Below are positions 17,857 to 27,142 of a stretch of 64,000 bases of DNA, piece after piece. Origin of the DNA: a virus. Both the position numbers and the translations under genes were made by a program. Under the pieces are notes generated by a model that made no database searches, was not told where the DNA came from, and was given only the letters and a program-made list of their open reading frames with translations. Within the stretch, counting starts at the first letter, position 1, and every line of letters begins with the position of its first letter. The stretch spans positions 39,637 to 103,636 of IMG/VR virus record IMGVR_UViG_3300047325_000130, one strand, 5' to 3'.

Positions 17857-18147
17857 TTGATAATTGATCAAATAATAGCAAATATATATTTGATCAGGAT
17901 TTATTGCATGTTATTGTATTTCTTTTATATTGCTGCATCTGTTGTACTTCTATGGTTTTTTGTAAAAAACTATTGGTTTTTAATTTTTGGACGAAGAAAT
18001 TCTGTCAATAAGACTGGGTTACCGGCCCACCAACGATATAGAAATGCTTTGCTAGACGAGGTTGCTAATGCCATTTCGTCCAAAACAGAATTAATGAATA
18101 GTAAATATTTTTCTGATTTTGTCCTGTCATTAAAAGACATTCAATAA
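17857..18147 (+). CDS. Hypothetical membrane protein
   Basis: Hydrophobic N-terminal segment. Confidence 0.5.
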   Translation: MIIDQIIANIYLIRIYCMLLYFFYIAASVVLLWFFVKNYWFLIFGRRNSVNKTGLPAHQRYRNALLDEVANAISSKTELMNSKYFSDFVLSLKDIQ

Positions 18148-18185
18148 TTGGTTTACTTTAGTAATGTTTTATGCTACATTGTAGT

Positions 18186-18746
18186 ATGAATATTGTTGAA
18201 AAAATGGATATATTTGCAACAGCGGCTCATGCTGCTGTTGGACAGGTACGAAAATACACAGGTGAACCATATATTGTTCATCCAAGACATGTACGAGAAA
18301 TCTTACTTAAATTTTGTACAAGTGAGGTTACTCCGGAAATGGAAGCAATTGCCCTTGGACATGATGTATGCGAAGATACTGATGTAACAATTGAATTGAT
18401 TGACGAAATTTTTGGAAAAGAAATTGCCGAAGGCATTGGTTGGTTAACTGATGTCAGTAAACCGAGCGACGGTAATCGAAAAGTACGTAAGGAAATTGAT
18501 AGGCAGCATACCGTTCAAGCTCCGGTTAGATTCAAAAATATTAAAATATCTGACTTGATCAGTAATACGTATAGTATACGCGAGCATGATCCAAATTTTG
18601 CCGAAGTGTACTTAAAAGAAAAAGCTGCATTGCTTGCGAGTTGTGATGATGCTGATCCCGGACTACTAGCAGAAGCTCATCGAATTTTGACAGAATCGAT
18701 TTCTATTTTAGAAAACGAGCGGTTACAAGCTTCTCTTAAGAAATAG
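18186..18746 (+). CDS. HD-domain phosphohydrolase (SpoT/MESH1-like small hydrolase family)
   Basis: AHAAVGQVRKYTGEPYIVHP, HDVCEDT, IKISDLISN. Confidence 0.85.
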   Translation: MNIVEKMDIFATAAHAAVGQVRKYTGEPYIVHPRHVREILLKFCTSEVTPEMEAIALGHDVCEDTDVTIELIDEIFGKEIAEGIGWLTDVSKPSDGNRKVRKEIDRQHTVQAPVRFKNIKISDLISNTYSIREHDPNFAEVYLKEKAALLASCDDADPGLLAEAHRILTESISILENERLQASLKK

Positions 18747-18942
18747 AATCGTAAAATTGTTCGGCTCTTGCGCGTGTAGCAAAGTTTTTTGTTTCCACAT
18801 CTCGGTCACTATCCCATGTAACTGAAAAATGAGAACCTTCGTCGGTTAGTTGTTTAACTCCGATTCGGCGCATGGTTCTAGTATCGTATAACGGATGTTC
18901 CTCTAGAACCGTACCTTCGATTATTAAATCTTTTACTTTCAT
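18736..18942 (-). CDS. Small late protein, candidate internal head protein
   Basis: ATAAATA upstream; N-terminus MKVKDLIIE. Confidence 0.55.
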   Translation of the reverse strand: MKVKDLIIEGTVLEEHPLYDTRTMRRIGVKQLTDEGSHFSVTWDSDRDVETKNFATRARAEQFYDSIS

Positions 18943-19031
18943 ATTTTTATCCAAGTTAAAACTATATTTATCTATCCAATAAAAGTTTTGCCTGGTTGAT
19001 CTTTTATAAAAATTTTGTTAAATATATCGTT

Positions 19032-19196
19032 ATGAGTAAGAAATCGATATCGCGCGAAATTAAAATCGCACCTATTCAAAAGCGGCGGCGCGCGATTGAA
19101 CTCTTTGCGGTTGATTCTCCGTTTCGTGCAAAAATTACACCAGTTAAAAAGCCTTATAAACGTAAACCAAAGCATCAAAATCAACCTCCGGAGTAG
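19032..19196 (+). CDS. Small basic protein with ArfA-like similarity
   Basis: AIELFAVDSPFRAKITPVKKPYKRKPKH. Confidence 0.45.
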   Translation: MSKKSISREIKIAPIQKRRRAIELFAVDSPFRAKITPVKKPYKRKPKHQNQPPE

Positions 19197-19202
19197 GTAA
19201 CT

Positions 19203-19430
19203 ATGATACCGATTGACTTGCAAAAAGAGTATTATAACAAAATTCGAAAATTTTGGAACACTGTCATTCCTGGACTAGAAGATCAAACTCTGGAGTTTGA
19301 TATAAAAACATCAATTTTTAATGCTCTTCAAAAGCGCGGCCATTATGCTTTAGGTATTTCTGGTGGTCCGGACGATATACTTAATGCTTTACGTGACGAC
19401 GGATTTGAAATTACACGTAAAAAGAAATGA
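19203..19430 (+). CDS. Hypothetical protein
   Basis: SD-preceded ORF in tandem. Confidence 0.55.
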   Translation: MIPIDLQKEYYNKIRKFWNTVIPGLEDQTLEFDIKTSIFNALQKRGHYALGISGGPDDILNALRDDGFEITRKKK

Positions 19431-19501
19431 TCCCGTCAAAGCCTTCTATTGAGGGCGCTTGGGGTGAGCGTATAAATAGTATATCATTACAAGGATATAC
19501 T

Positions 19502-20134
19502 ATGTCGCACACCGAAGATATGAGAAAACTAATCAAGTTATTAGAAGCATCTGAACCATATGTCGGTCCGGACAAATACCTTCTTGACCCTGATGTAGAA
19601 TATAGTGCAGAAGGTAAGAAAAAAGGCGAAATAAACAAAGTCGTTGCAAGATTAAAAAGTATTGCAAGCGGACGTTATACTCGTCTTGCAAATAATGTAA
19701 GAAGAATCGGTGAACTACAAACAGAGATTGAAAAATTAGATCAAGAAGCTAAAGAAGATGCTCGCGAAGCAATTGCTGATTTGTTTCATGCTAAAGATAG
19801 TATCTATACACGAGTTGTTGAGACTGTGAGTTTTGTAATCAAATTAACCGCTGATCCAAAACCTACCACAACAGTAAAATATGAAAAAGTTTTAACTGAT
19901 TTAGAACAACATTTGACTCCGCAACTACGGGTAATTTTAGAAGATCTTAAAGTCAAATATTCTACTGAAACAACTAAAGCGGCTGCGTTAACTATTCAAG
20001 GCCCTGGGCCAAAAAAGAAAGTAGAAGAATCTTTTGAAAATGATCCGTTTGCAGCTTATCTTAATAAGATTGAAAATTGGGCTAGGAAATATGATCAAGT
20101 TTTAGATTCTTTGGAAAACGAAGTCTTCAATTGA
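19502..20134 (+). CDS. Late coiled-coil protein, candidate internal head protein
   Basis: TATAAATA at 19471, AAGGA SD, N-terminus EDMRKLIKLLE. Confidence 0.7.
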   Translation: MSHTEDMRKLIKLLEASEPYVGPDKYLLDPDVEYSAEGKKKGEINKVVARLKSIASGRYTRLANNVRRIGELQTEIEKLDQEAKEDAREAIADLFHAKDSIYTRVVETVSFVIKLTADPKPTTTVKYEKVLTDLEQHLTPQLRVILEDLKVKYSTETTKAAALTIQGPGPKKKVEESFENDPFAAYLNKIENWARKYDQVLDSLENEVFN

Positions 20135-20165
20135 CATTTTTAAAAGCGTAACATACGCTTTGTAA

Positions 20166-20609
20166 ATGTTGATATTATTAGTATATGTTTTTTTTATTTT
20201 AGCGATTGCATGTTGTAATTATTCAATAATATATAAACGCAATTATCCTGCTCGACAACTCAAAAAAGATTTAAAATCCGGGCAAGCAAAACATGTAGAA
20301 TTATTTCATTGGAATGGTAAGATAGTAGCTGTTATTGCATATAAAATTAACAATATATGGGTTGCACCTTTCACTGACGGAACTTGTTATAAACAGCAGG
20401 ACCATAAGTTTTTAGTAAAATTAAACGATGATGGCAGTACTGTACCATATACAGGGGAGAAGTTAGATTTTGTTAAATGTTGGTTACCTGTTGACGATGA
20501 TGAAAAAATATTGATGTTACTTAAAAATGAAGACTATATAAGAAATCATTTTAAAAATATTGATAATTCCTGGCTACACGAATCTTTTAGAAAAAGATAT
20601 GGTAGATGA
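20166..20609 (+). CDS. Hypothetical membrane-anchored protein
   Basis: N-terminal TM segment; C-terminal LNDDGS..WLP..DDEKILMLL. Confidence 0.6.
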   Translation: MLILLVYVFFILAIACCNYSIIYKRNYPARQLKKDLKSGQAKHVELFHWNGKIVAVIAYKINNIWVAPFTDGTCYKQQDHKFLVKLNDDGSTVPYTGEKLDFVKCWLPVDDDEKILMLLKNEDYIRNHFKNIDNSWLHESFRKRYGR

Positions 20610-21152
20610 AAATTCTATTACTTGAAATATTTAAATTACTATCATCTATAATTATATCTATATTATATATTTCATATATGGTATCAACATTACATTCTGG
20701 TTTTTATATTGGATGTATTATCACTATTGTATATTCGTTCTTATTGGTTTTTATAAACGTTAATACGTTTAAGAGAGTTAAACGAATTATACGACTTATA
20801 AAAGGTATAGAATATCAAGTAATATTGGTCGATTTCGATGGAGACTCGTATCTTGCAAGTGCAGTAAAAATTAAGGATGATATTTTTGCAAAATATTATT
20901 ATTACACAGATAGCAATTACTTACGTTTATTAGATGGACGGCACTGTTCTTCACCCGGATTTAGATAACCATCATATTAGCTTTTGGGAACCAGGTCATA
21001 TTAGATTTTGGGAACCAAGTAGTATAGATGATAAAATACAGATGCGGTTAACTGTAGGCAATTACATTGGGGATTATCTAATGTCATTAAATGACGGTGG
21101 TTACGAAATTAAAAAGAAGAACTTAAAAAAGTACTGCGGAAAAGAGTCCTAA
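20606..21152 (+). pseudogene. Frameshifted paralog of 20166-20609 (ORFs 20606-20968 + 20934-21152)
   Basis: Joined product RLL/DGTV..FWEP..DDKIQMRL parallels the neighbour; 24-nt tandem duplication HISFWEPG/HIRFWEPS. Confidence 0.5.
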
Positions 21153-21211
21153 ATTTGGTTGACATATAGTTCAATGTATGCTATTGTGAACAACATATAA
21201 GGGGTTTAAAT

Positions 21212-22645
21212 ATGAAAACAGCGACCGATGTAATTGCAAAGCTTGAAGCTCATAATGGTAAACTCGAAAAAGAGCAAATTGTTAAGGATGCATTTGCAGC
21301 TGGTATTTTTGAGTTTTTTGAAGCCGCTGCAATGGCATATAATAAACTACGCAGTTTTGGTGTTAAGCAAGTTCCGCTGATTGAGGATGAGGACGAGCCC
21401 GGGTTTGTTTCAACTTTTACTTGGGATCATTTTAAGATACTTGTTGCCAAACTTGAATCTCGCGAATTGACAGGTAATGCTGCGCGGGATGCGCTTCGTG
21501 CCGCAGCCGATAAATGCACTGTTCGTGATTGGAATGGATTTTATCGTCGAGTACTTATCCGTGATTTTAAATGTGGTGCGGGTGAGGGTACAATCAATCG
21601 TGCTCTTGCGGATTTAATGAAAGCAACAAAAGACAAGAAAATTAAGGCTGAATTGCTTAGGCACATGGTTCCTGAATTTAGTGTGCAACTTGCTAAGAAC
21701 GGCGACGATCATCCAAAGAAAATGACCGGTATCAAATTGCTTGATCCCAAGTTGGATGGTTGTCGATTAACTACGATAATTGATATCGTCGATAAAACAG
21801 TAACTCAATATACCCGCCATGGAGCAATTAACGATCGCTTCACTAATATTACAACTGCACTTGCTAAACTAATCCCTCTTCTAAAACGTAGTGTTGTTCT
21901 AGACGGCGAAGTAGTTAGTCAAAACTTTCAGCAGATGATGACTCAGCTAAATCGAAAAACTGCTGACACGCGCGATGCTAAGCTTGCATTGTTTGATATT
22001 ATCGCATTGGATGATTTTAAAAAGCTTCAAGACCCGGATCCTGAAGTAAAAAGTACTGCAAGCAAAATTACTCAAACAAAACGTCACGAAGAATTGGTCG
22101 AACTTATTCCTTTGTTGCAGCAAGTGTCAGGTGATACAGTTTACGTTATTCCTAAGTTGTCGGTAGATTTGAATACCGTCGAAGGACAACAGACCTTCAA
22201 AGAATTCAATAATACAACGGTCGCTGCTGGGTTTGAAGGTATTATGGTTAAGGATCCGATGGCGTCATATGAATGTGATCGCACATTTGCTTGGCTAAAA
22301 ATAAAACCGTTCATTACCGTTGATCTAGAAATTATCGACGTTCTCCCTGGTAACGCAGGCAGTAAGTATGAAAAGACTTTGGGCCGACTTGTTTGTAAAG
22401 GTGAAGAACAAGGAAAGAAAGTCAAAACCAAGTGCGGTGGCGGGTTTAGCGACAAGCAACGTGATGAAATTTGGACAGCATTTAAAAAGAATCCAAAGTC
22501 GGTTATTGGTTTAATTGTTGAGATCAAGGGAGACTGCTTGACCCTTAGTGCGGATGATGATTTAGATTTAGCAGAAGACGAATGGAGTGTACGTTTTCCG
22601 GTGTTTATGCGGTTCCGTGGGCAAGTACGGGGAGAAAAGATTTGA
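21212..22645 (+). CDS. lig: ATP-dependent DNA ligase
   Basis: PKLDGCR (motif I), LDGE, FDII, EGIMVK, WLKIKP, VRFPVF. Confidence 0.95.
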   Translation: MKTATDVIAKLEAHNGKLEKEQIVKDAFAAGIFEFFEAAAMAYNKLRSFGVKQVPLIEDEDEPGFVSTFTWDHFKILVAKLESRELTGNAARDALRAAADKCTVRDWNGFYRRVLIRDFKCGAGEGTINRALADLMKATKDKKIKAELLRHMVPEFSVQLAKNGDDHPKKMTGIKLLDPKLDGCRLTTIIDIVDKTVTQYTRHGAINDRFTNITTALAKLIPLLKRSVVLDGEVVSQNFQQMMTQLNRKTADTRDAKLALFDIIALDDFKKLQDPDPEVKSTASKITQTKRHEELVELIPLLQQVSGDTVYVIPKLSVDLNTVEGQQTFKEFNNTTVAAGFEGIMVKDPMASYECDRTFAWLKIKPFITVDLEIIDVLPGNAGSKYEKTLGRLVCKGEEQGKKVKTKCGGGFSDKQRDEIWTAFKKNPKSVIGLIVEIKGDCLTLSADDDLDLAEDEWSVRFPVFMRFRGQVRGEKI

Positions 22646-22647
22646 AC

Positions 22648-22836
22648 ATGAAACTCCGGCATTTTTTGCAGACGGTTGTAAATCAATTTGAGAGTTATCC
22701 TGACGATGAAGTGCTAACGCTGGGTGATTGGCTTGAGTCCAACGACCCTGCCGAGCCGGACCTGTGTTTCCGGGGTGTTTTCAAAATTAAGGTGGGAGAC
22801 TTTCGCGCTTGGCTTAATGAAACCAATGATAGTTAG
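22648..22836 (+). CDS. Hypothetical protein
   Basis: ATG just after the ligase stop. Confidence 0.5.
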   Translation: MKLRHFLQTVVNQFESYPDDEVLTLGDWLESNDPAEPDLCFRGVFKIKVGDFRAWLNETNDS

Positions 22837-23166
22837 ATGGCAAGTGCTCGCAGTACCATATCGGACCGATCTATGATTCTTTTCAAATTGACTTTAACGA
22901 ATCCGTTTATTAAAGAGAAATTTATTTCTGGTTGGGATAAATTTTATAAACTTAATAAACATAAAGTATTTGAGATTGATACTCATTATTATTCTAAATC
23001 TTTGTTCGAATTAGATGTAGATTTAAATTGGCTAGGGAGGGATCATGCTGGTCCAGAAATCTCAATAGCACTGTTTGGGTTTACTATTCGTTTAGTAATT
23101 TATGACATTCGGCATTGGGATTATGATAAAAACACCTGGCTTACGGAGAAGAGTAATGCGTTTTAA
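22837..23166 (+). CDS. Hypothetical protein
   Basis: DHAGPEISIALFG...YDIRHWDY. Confidence 0.6.
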   Translation: MASARSTISDRSMILFKLTLTNPFIKEKFISGWDKFYKLNKHKVFEIDTHYYSKSLFELDVDLNWLGRDHAGPEISIALFGFTIRLVIYDIRHWDYDKNTWLTEKSNAF

Positions 23167-23434
23167 ACAGTTGTCTCCCAAGTTCTTTCCATTTTTAGGA
23201 GCAATAATTTTACTTGTATTTTCAATTAAATGGACTACAAATTGGACACAAGATGAACTTGGTTGGGTCTGCAGCGGTCTCAAAATGATTTTTCAGCATT
23301 TAACAGGTACTCCGTTAATTAACGATACAGTGCATATTTCATTCGTTGTGGCATTGCTCATAAATGTATTTACATGCTTTAGTATGTTGGTATTTGATTT
23401 TTGGATTTGGGTTGTACATGCAATTTTTGGATAA
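23156..23434 (+). CDS. Hypothetical membrane protein
   Basis: GGAG SD; two hydrophobic segments. Confidence 0.55.
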   Translation: MRFKQLSPKFFPFLGAIILLVFSIKWTTNWTQDELGWVCSGLKMIFQHLTGTPLINDTVHISFVVALLINVFTCFSMLVFDFWIWVVHAIFG

Positions 23435-23454
23435 AATATCCAAATAAATATTAT

Positions 23455-23580
23455 TGTGGTAAGGAAAGTCTACCTACCGGTTGGCGCCGACAGAGTAGGT
23501 AGAGCAGGGATTGCAACTCTGTAAACGGAGAATGGGAAAACGGAGCGGACTTAACGTAGTTTGATACCTCACCGGCCACA
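23455..23580 (+). ncRNA. Candidate ~126-nt structured small RNA
   Basis: GC-rich island between two TAAATA motifs; closing stem UGUGGU/GCCACA, UCUACCUAC/GUAGGUAGA, GCAGGG/CUCUGU. Confidence 0.55.
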
Positions 23581-23613
23581 TGTTAAATAAATATAGGATA
23601 ACTTGGGTATTAT

Positions 23614-24714
23614 ATGAGAATTAGTGACTTAACAGAAAATTTAGTAGAATCGTATAGTTTGAATAGTTCTCGTATAGAACATCCGGAAGACCTGGTCTTA
23701 GAAGCTGCTGGATCAGGTGCAATCCAAGCGGTTAGAGCATTAGAGTACGCAGTATCAAATCCAGATTCAATAACTTTTAAACCAGACGGCAAGCCTGCTA
23801 TTATTTGGGGGAAAGACGAGAACGGATTTACAATGGGCGACAAATATATGTTCAAAAAACAAACAATGCCCAGGTCAGTAACTGAAATCGACGCTATACT
23901 ATTAAGTCGCCGCGGTGGCGGCCGAGAAGACTTAATTGATATGTATAAAAGACTTTGGCCAATATTTGAACAATCACTTAAACCAGAATTTAAAGGTTTT
24001 GTGATGGGAGATTTAATGTGGAATAAAACTCCCACCATTGTCAAATCAAATTATGAATTTAAACCAAATACGGTAACATATACTGTAGAAGTTAATTCTG
24101 AATTAGGGCAAGAAATTAGTAAGAGCATTGCTGGTATTGTCGCTCATAGTTATTTTTCTAGTATAGGCGGCACTGGATCACATATTCTTGATTTTAACCA
24201 ATTGAATACAAATGGTAAATTATTGATAATTAGTGATCATTTTACCAGCTCACCAAACATAGTAAGACCTATTAAGCTAACTCAATTGGAAGATTTTGTA
24301 TTGCAACAAAGACCTTTAATCAATGCATTCTTTCAATCCGGTATACAAGATCTCGGCGGAATATTAAAAAGATATGTCAATTTTAGAGTAAGAAGTTTAA
24401 GTTACTCTGGGTTCACCAAAGAGTTTTTGCCTTGGTTAGATACAACAGAAACTGGCGCCTTTAAAAAATTATCTATTAAAAAATGGATCAAATCTCATGC
24501 AAAAGAATTTGATGCAGTAGCTAACGTATTTTTAGGTATTACTACCGTAAAGAATGAAATTATTGCGCAGCTAGATAAATTACCAACCGAATTACATCCT
24601 TCTGTAAATGGTGTGCCTGGACACGAAGGGTATATTGTAAGTAGTAATACACAACCAATTAAATTGGTGAACAGATTTCATTTCAGTTCTGCTAATTTTA
24701 AAGAAAATCCATAA
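23614..24714 (+). CDS. Conserved T4-like phage protein with ligase-type KxDG motif (DUF6267-like)
   Basis: RIEHPEDL, FKPDGKPAIIWG, MGDLM, GHEGYIV, IKLVNR; late promoter; N-terminus MRISDLTE. Confidence 0.6.
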   Translation: MRISDLTENLVESYSLNSSRIEHPEDLVLEAAGSGAIQAVRALEYAVSNPDSITFKPDGKPAIIWGKDENGFTMGDKYMFKKQTMPRSVTEIDAILLSRRGGGREDLIDMYKRLWPIFEQSLKPEFKGFVMGDLMWNKTPTIVKSNYEFKPNTVTYTVEVNSELGQEISKSIAGIVAHSYFSSIGGTGSHILDFNQLNTNGKLLIISDHFTSSPNIVRPIKLTQLEDFVLQQRPLINAFFQSGIQDLGGILKRYVNFRVRSLSYSGFTKEFLPWLDTTETGAFKKLSIKKWIKSHAKEFDAVANVFLGITTVKNEIIAQLDKLPTELHPSVNGVPGHEGYIVSSNTQPIKLVNRFHFSSANFKENP

Positions 24715-24715
24715 T

Positions 24716-24943
24716 ATGAAAGCCGGCGATCACGTAATTATAAAAAATAAATTTTGCAAAACAGAACTTGTTTGCAAAATAACTGGTGTCATTAAAGAAT
24801 TTAATGACCAATCTAGAGTATATTTTAACATAAAACCGTATAATAGGAATATTGAATTCAATATGTATTTAGATACATCGACGAAATACAATATAGATTA
24901 TTATAAGCACGTTGTTGACCTTATGCTAAAAATAGGTAAATAA
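24716..24943 (+). CDS. Hypothetical protein
   Basis: Tandem ORF. Confidence 0.5.
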   Translation: MKAGDHVIIKNKFCKTELVCKITGVIKEFNDQSRVYFNIKPYNRNIEFNMYLDTSTKYNIDYYKHVVDLMLKIGK

Positions 24944-24949
24944 CGTAAC

Positions 24950-25537
24950 ATGAAATTAACTGAATTATTTGAACAAAACAAAATAACAAACCCAACACAT
25001 GTTGTTTGGAGTTTTGGCCGTTTCAGCGTCCCGCATCGGGGGCATTCAGGTCTTATAAGAATTATAATAAAAACTGCAAAAACAGCCAAATGCAATTGGC
25101 GTTTATTTGCAAGTAAAACACACGATTCTCAACGTAATCCGTTAACCTATGCGCAAAAGGTAAGTTGGCTTTATAAGTTATTTCCGGTTCTTAAAGGACA
25201 TCTTGTTGAAGACGAAAATGTCCGTACTTATTTGCAAGCGGCTGAATATCTTTATAAGAAAGGTTTCAGAAGTGCAACAATCGTAGTTGGCGAAGATGAT
25301 ATTGATAATATTAGAGATCTTTTAACGAAATACAATTCAATTGACGAAGAAGGGAATGGCTATAAATTTGCACCTATAACATTTATACCTGCACCAAGAA
25401 TTACTTCTGCAACAATAGCTCGTTTAGATGTAGCAAATAACGATCCGGCTAAGTTTCAAAAGGATACAGGTGTTGATCCGTCACTTAAAGTTGATGGCGA
25501 AACACTCTTTCAAGCAATTAAATACGGTCTCTCTTAG
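24950..25537 (+). CDS. Cytidyltransferase-like (HxGH) nucleotidyltransferase
   Basis: FGRFSVPHRGH, RNPL, VVGED, SAT..R; TAAATA upstream; N-terminus MKLTELFE. Confidence 0.8.
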   Translation: MKLTELFEQNKITNPTHVVWSFGRFSVPHRGHSGLIRIIIKTAKTAKCNWRLFASKTHDSQRNPLTYAQKVSWLYKLFPVLKGHLVEDENVRTYLQAAEYLYKKGFRSATIVVGEDDIDNIRDLLTKYNSIDEEGNGYKFAPITFIPAPRITSATIARLDVANNDPAKFQKDTGVDPSLKVDGETLFQAIKYGLS

Positions 25538-25647
25538 GATTTATTGGACAAGTATCCTCCGGTGTCCATCAAAATACCTGATGTTAACGGTGCTCAGTAG
25601 GCAATGCAACTTGGTAAATAATAGTAGTATTTTATTTAGGATCCATC

Positions 25648-25980
25648 ATGACAATTACATACGCTTGGACTTTTCCATTTTTTGAAACAATTCCTGTAGC
25701 TGCTAACGGATTAAAAAATGTAGTTGCTATTGTTCATTGGACGTACACTGCACAAAGCGGAACTGGGGATTCAATAACAACTGCAAAGTCATACGGTACA
25801 TTTAATCTTCCAACAGCGGAACCAGATCTTTTTATTCCGTACGAGGATATTACATTTCAAATGACTGTAAACTGGGCAAATGCAATGATGGATGTTCCTG
25901 CATTAGAAGCAAGTTTAGCAAATGAGATCAATCAACAATTAAATCCTGTAAATATTGCTTTGCCTCCATTTAGTAGTTGA
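25648..25980 (+). CDS. Small late/structural-region protein
   Basis: GLKNVVAIVHW..FIPYEDIT; late promoter. Confidence 0.6.
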   Translation: MTITYAWTFPFFETIPVAANGLKNVVAIVHWTYTAQSGTGDSITTAKSYGTFNLPTAEPDLFIPYEDITFQMTVNWANAMMDVPALEASLANEINQQLNPVNIALPPFSS

Positions 25981-26016
25981 TTTAATATTACTTTGCAATA
26001 ATAATAAAAATAAAAA

Positions 26017-26442
26017 GTGAGATTTAAAATGAAAAGGTTTTTAGCTCCTGTAAATAAATTTAATGATTGGATTGCCATTAGAGCTAATCAATTATTTTCT
26101 ACAATGGTATGTTTTTGGGTATTTTTACTTATAACACTAATACCATTGAAGTGGCCAGTTACAATGCCATTTTTACAATATCTATCAAGTGGAATATTGC
26201 AATTATGCAGCTTACCGCTATTAGCAGTCGGAACGGTTTTAGCTGCAAAAAGTAGCGACAAACTAGCACAAGAACAACACGCTGCTGTAATTGAGAGTCA
26301 CGAAGAGATTAAGAAATTAATTGCGGAAGATGATCAAATTGAAGCTCGGTTAGATCGCATAGAAGCACTACTTGCAAAACTTGTACCAACAACAGAAAGT
26401 CTATCAAAAACTTGTGATAAAAATATCTGCGATTGTAAATGA
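26017..26442 (+). CDS. Membrane protein with coiled-coil tail (DUF1003-like)
   Basis: Two TM segments, then a coiled coil. Confidence 0.5.
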   Translation: MRFKMKRFLAPVNKFNDWIAIRANQLFSTMVCFWVFLLITLIPLKWPVTMPFLQYLSSGILQLCSLPLLAVGTVLAAKSSDKLAQEQHAAVIESHEEIKKLIAEDDQIEARLDRIEALLAKLVPTTESLSKTCDKNICDCK

Positions 26443-26921
26443 AATACATCTCCCACAGAGGAAATTTATTTGGTTCTAATCCAGAGACTGAAAATTCTCC
26501 TGCTCAAATTGAAAAAGCATTATCATTAGAATTTGACGTAGAAATTGATCTGTATGTAATTGATAATAAATTATTACTTGGTCATGATTATGGTCAATAT
26601 GAAGTAGATTATTCATTTATAACACAACCTGGTCTTTGGATACATGCAAAAAATTTAGCTGCATTAGAATATTTGTCAAATCTATATGTGCAAACACATT
26701 ATTTTTGGCATCAAAATGATGATTTAACTTTAACTTCTAGAAATGTTATATGGACGTTTCCCGGAAAACCCCTTGCATCCAATGCGATCGCTGTCATGCC
26801 CGAAACGGTTCTTGCTTTAGAAGACATAGTTAAGCTACAATGCGGCGGATTCTGTAGTGATATCATAGCTGATATAAGGAAAGGTTATGACAAAATCCGA
26901 AAACTATGTTACTCAACGTGA
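26439..26921 (+). CDS. Short glycerophosphodiester phosphodiesterase-like protein
   Basis: ISHRGN, ENSP, FDVEIDL, GHD, WIHAKN, CSD. Confidence 0.7.
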   Translation: MKYISHRGNLFGSNPETENSPAQIEKALSLEFDVEIDLYVIDNKLLLGHDYGQYEVDYSFITQPGLWIHAKNLAALEYLSNLYVQTHYFWHQNDDLTLTSRNVIWTFPGKPLASNAIAVMPETVLALEDIVKLQCGGFCSDIIADIRKGYDKIRKLCYST

Positions 26922-27117
26922 TCCAATTAATACAGAATATATAATTGATCTTGTTCGAAAAGAACTTGTCACAAGATTACAAAATGGCTTTGAGTTAGAT
27001 GGGTCTTCTTTAGAGGCAGAATATTATTGGTTGGCACATAATAGAAATTGCAATTTCACTGATTTAATTCAAGCAATTGCTGGTACGATCGAAAATGCAG
27101 TCTTAAAAGGTAGGTAA
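26887..27117 (+). CDS. Hypothetical protein
   Basis: SD-preceded ORF. Confidence 0.5.
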   Translation: MTKSENYVTQRDPINTEYIIDLVRKELVTRLQNGFELDGSSLEAEYYWLAHNRNCNFTDLIQAIAGTIENAVLKGR

Positions 27118-27142
27118 ATACTGCTATCAATAAGGTAGCAGT

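Noticed and set aside
22141-22686. Long antisense ORFs (also 14593-15222, 23610-24044, 28882-29424, 33433-33849)
   Set aside because: Shadows of well-supported genes on the opposite strand, with no motifs or SD.
23490-23580. tRNA gene (AGTAGGTAGAGC D-arm-like, TTGCAA loop, ...CCACA end)
   Set aside because: No D-stem partner, no GTTCRA T-loop and wrong spacing for a cloverleaf; kept only as a candidate novel RNA.
25545-25615. Hairpins tggaca/tgtcca and ctga/tcag as a riboswitch or ribozyme
   Set aside because: No recognisable consensus; the minus strand reads ...IRYFDGHRRILVQ, so it may be a ParB-like gene remnant.
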